A DNA stretch of 64,000 nucleotides. It comes from Bacillota bacterium (GTDB lineage Bacteria > Bacillota > Clostridia > Peptostreptococcales > Anaerovoracaceae). The notes under the pieces are model-generated. The model was not told where the DNA came from, did no database searches, and worked only from the letters and a program-made list of their open reading frames with translations. Position 1 is the first letter of the stretch; each line of letters opens with the position of its first letter. The translations under genes were made by a program, and so were the position numbers. Location of the stretch: the NCBI GenBank assembly GCA_041797745.1, contig JBHBZU010000024.1:17407-81406 (forward strand), in the 5' to 3' direction. Positions 62,822-64,000 of this stretch are shown piece by piece.

Positions 62822-64000
62822 ATGGATAAAGGTTTTAAAAGGTTTATCTCCTTTCTGATGGTTCTTATTTTAAGTCTGTCAGTATGGAGTTTTCCTGCAT
62901 TTGCAGAAAACCAAGAGGCATTGCCCAGCGGATTTTTTGATAAGGTAAAGTTTGGTTCAGCCATTAAAGGTAATGGGGAAGATGGTAATCTTGAAGAATT
63001 TGGAGCTAATGTAAGTGACAGCGCTTCCTGCGCCCTGTGGTTTCATTACGTTATCCCTGAAGATACCACAATGGCAAGGGGAACACTGTATACCTTTGAA
63101 ATTGATACTAAGATTAGCGATGATGATGGAAACACATTTGTAAGTAAGAAAGTCATTGATGGAGATGAAACAATTTGCATTAAAGATGAAAATAACGTTA
63201 ACGTTGCAAATGTCAAATTTACAGAGGCTACAGGTGGAAAAATCAAAGGAGTATTGACTTTTCTTTCTACTGCAAGCGATGAGGCTTTAGCAGGAGGTAG
63301 AGAGGGCTGCTTCTTTTATGAGGCAAAGTTTGATGGGGCAAATCTGCCAAAGGGCGGTAAACAACAGGTTCGTTTTGACATTCCGGGAACTGCTGTACAG
63401 ACTGCGCCTATTACAGTTGACTTTGCAGCACCGAAAGCTACTGCAAAGGTCACCATTTCGGAAAATGCCAATACTTCAGGTGTGAATCTTACAAATCATG
63501 AGATTGAGTGGAAGATAAAAGTCACACCAAATGTTGAAAACCAGCCGGATTCAGCAAACGAATATATAAATACGCTGAAAGTAAGTATACCGATATCAGT
63601 GGGTGGCAGCAGCTATGTAACGGATTCTGCAATGGTAACTATTCAAGGTGGAACTCCGACAAATGCAGGATTCAGCGTTAAAGATGGAGTTTTGACTTTT
63701 GAAGCCACTACTGATACAGGGCTTAAGAAAGCAGCATGGCCTTTGGTTATAACATATAAATCTTCATATAAGCCTGAGGAACTTACTATGGAGGCTGACG
63801 GAACTGTAAAATTTAAAGGTTCAGCAAAAGTCGAAATTACTGCTCCTCAGTACGAAAAGGACGCGAACGGTAAGGTTTCATTCGTAGACAGCAGTGCGGA
63901 GAAAATTCAAATAACGGCGTCAGCAATAACTTCCGCAGAACCTAAAATTTTATTTGCTAAATTAAGTAAAACAGGTGCACTTATCAGCGGAAGAACTGCA
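62822..64000 (+). CDS. Secreted cell-surface protein, adhesin-like (Ig-fold / collagen-binding-type N-domain), 3'-partial
   Basis: This ORF is not in the supplied track because it runs off the window. The ATG at 62822 follows GGAGGG. I translated 393 codons to base 64000 without a stop. Signal peptide MDKGFKRFISFLMVLILSLSVWSFPAFA. Beta-rich repetitive content follows (HEIEWKIKVTPN). Confidence 0.6.
   Translation, partial: MDKGFKRFISFLMVLILSLSVWSFPAFAENQEALPSGFFDKVKFGSAIKGNGEDGNLEEFGANVSDSASCALWFHYVIPEDTTMARGTLYTFEIDTKISDDDGNTFVSKKVIDGDETICIKDENNVNVANVKFTEATGGKIKGVLTFLSTASDEALAGGREGCFFYEAKFDGANLPKGGKQQVRFDIPGTAVQTAPITVDFAAPKATAKVTISENANTSGVNLTNHEIEWKIKVTPNVENQPDSANEYINTLKVSIPISVGGSSYVTDSAMVTIQGGTPTNAGFSVKDGVLTFEATTDTGLKKAAWPLVITYKSSYKPEELTMEADGTVKFKGSAKVEITAPQYEKDANGKVSFVDSSAEKIQITASAITSAEPKILFAKLSKTGALISGRTA

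Overview
This is a chromosomal segment from a low-GC Firmicute of the class Clostridia. The call rests on gene content and synteny: tig-clpP-clpX-lon-engB, butyrate kinase, PduL, SLH-anchored surface proteins and strong GGAGG ribosome-binding sites. I support about 56 protein-coding genes, mostly on the + strand. I found no rRNA, tRNA, CRISPR array, transposase, integrase or phage gene.

Gene content by region:
- 0-6.3 kb: the 3' end of a sensor diguanylate cyclase, then a Zur-type zinc uptake operon (zur, a small Cys-rich membrane protein, znuA, znuC, znuB, a lipoprotein).
- 6.5-12.9 kb: an amino-acid catabolism block (RocB-like M20 hydrolase, GlnK/GlnL-like two-component system, AGCS symporter, ornithine carbamoyltransferase).
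- 13-15.6 kb: yeiH and an OhrR-controlled glutathione peroxidase operon.
- 15.7-20 kb: two large secreted proteins (NHL+SLH and FecR-domain).
- 20-29 kb: ClC channel, NhaC antiporter, CIRCE-controlled htpG, a class IV aminotransferase and a secreted GH26-like hydrolase.
- 29-35 kb: aminopeptidase P, an orphan butyrate kinase, and an ArsR/HMA/P1B-ATPase metal efflux unit.
- 35.4-40.1 kb: a TetM/EF-G-like GTPase fused to a Rae1/YacP NYN ribonuclease domain, followed by a beta-CASP RNase.
- 40-64 kb: udk, DMT transporters, a CYTH protein, the tig-clpPX-lon-engB block, hpt, pduL, a CoA-transferase, deoC, an SLH-anchored 5'-nucleotidase, an Fe-ADH, an HEXXH peptidase, a tandem HD-GYP protein, ychF, and a 3'-partial surface adhesin.

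The observations most worth a second look:
1. The ribosomal-GTPase::NYN-RNase fusion. Its P-loop lies upstream of every canonical start codon.
2. A modular, hairpin-rich intergenic repeat family. It occupies almost every intergenic gap between 20.2 and 38.4 kb, shows compensatory variation, and carries an extended -10-like core. One of its modules is a conserved long hairpin found directly upstream of three genes.
3. A 104-bp tandem duplication between the ClC and NhaC genes.
4. A small cluster of decayed ORF6N, macro-domain and ADP-ribosylglycohydrolase gene remnants.

All calls come from reading the sequence and the translations by eye. No database search was run.
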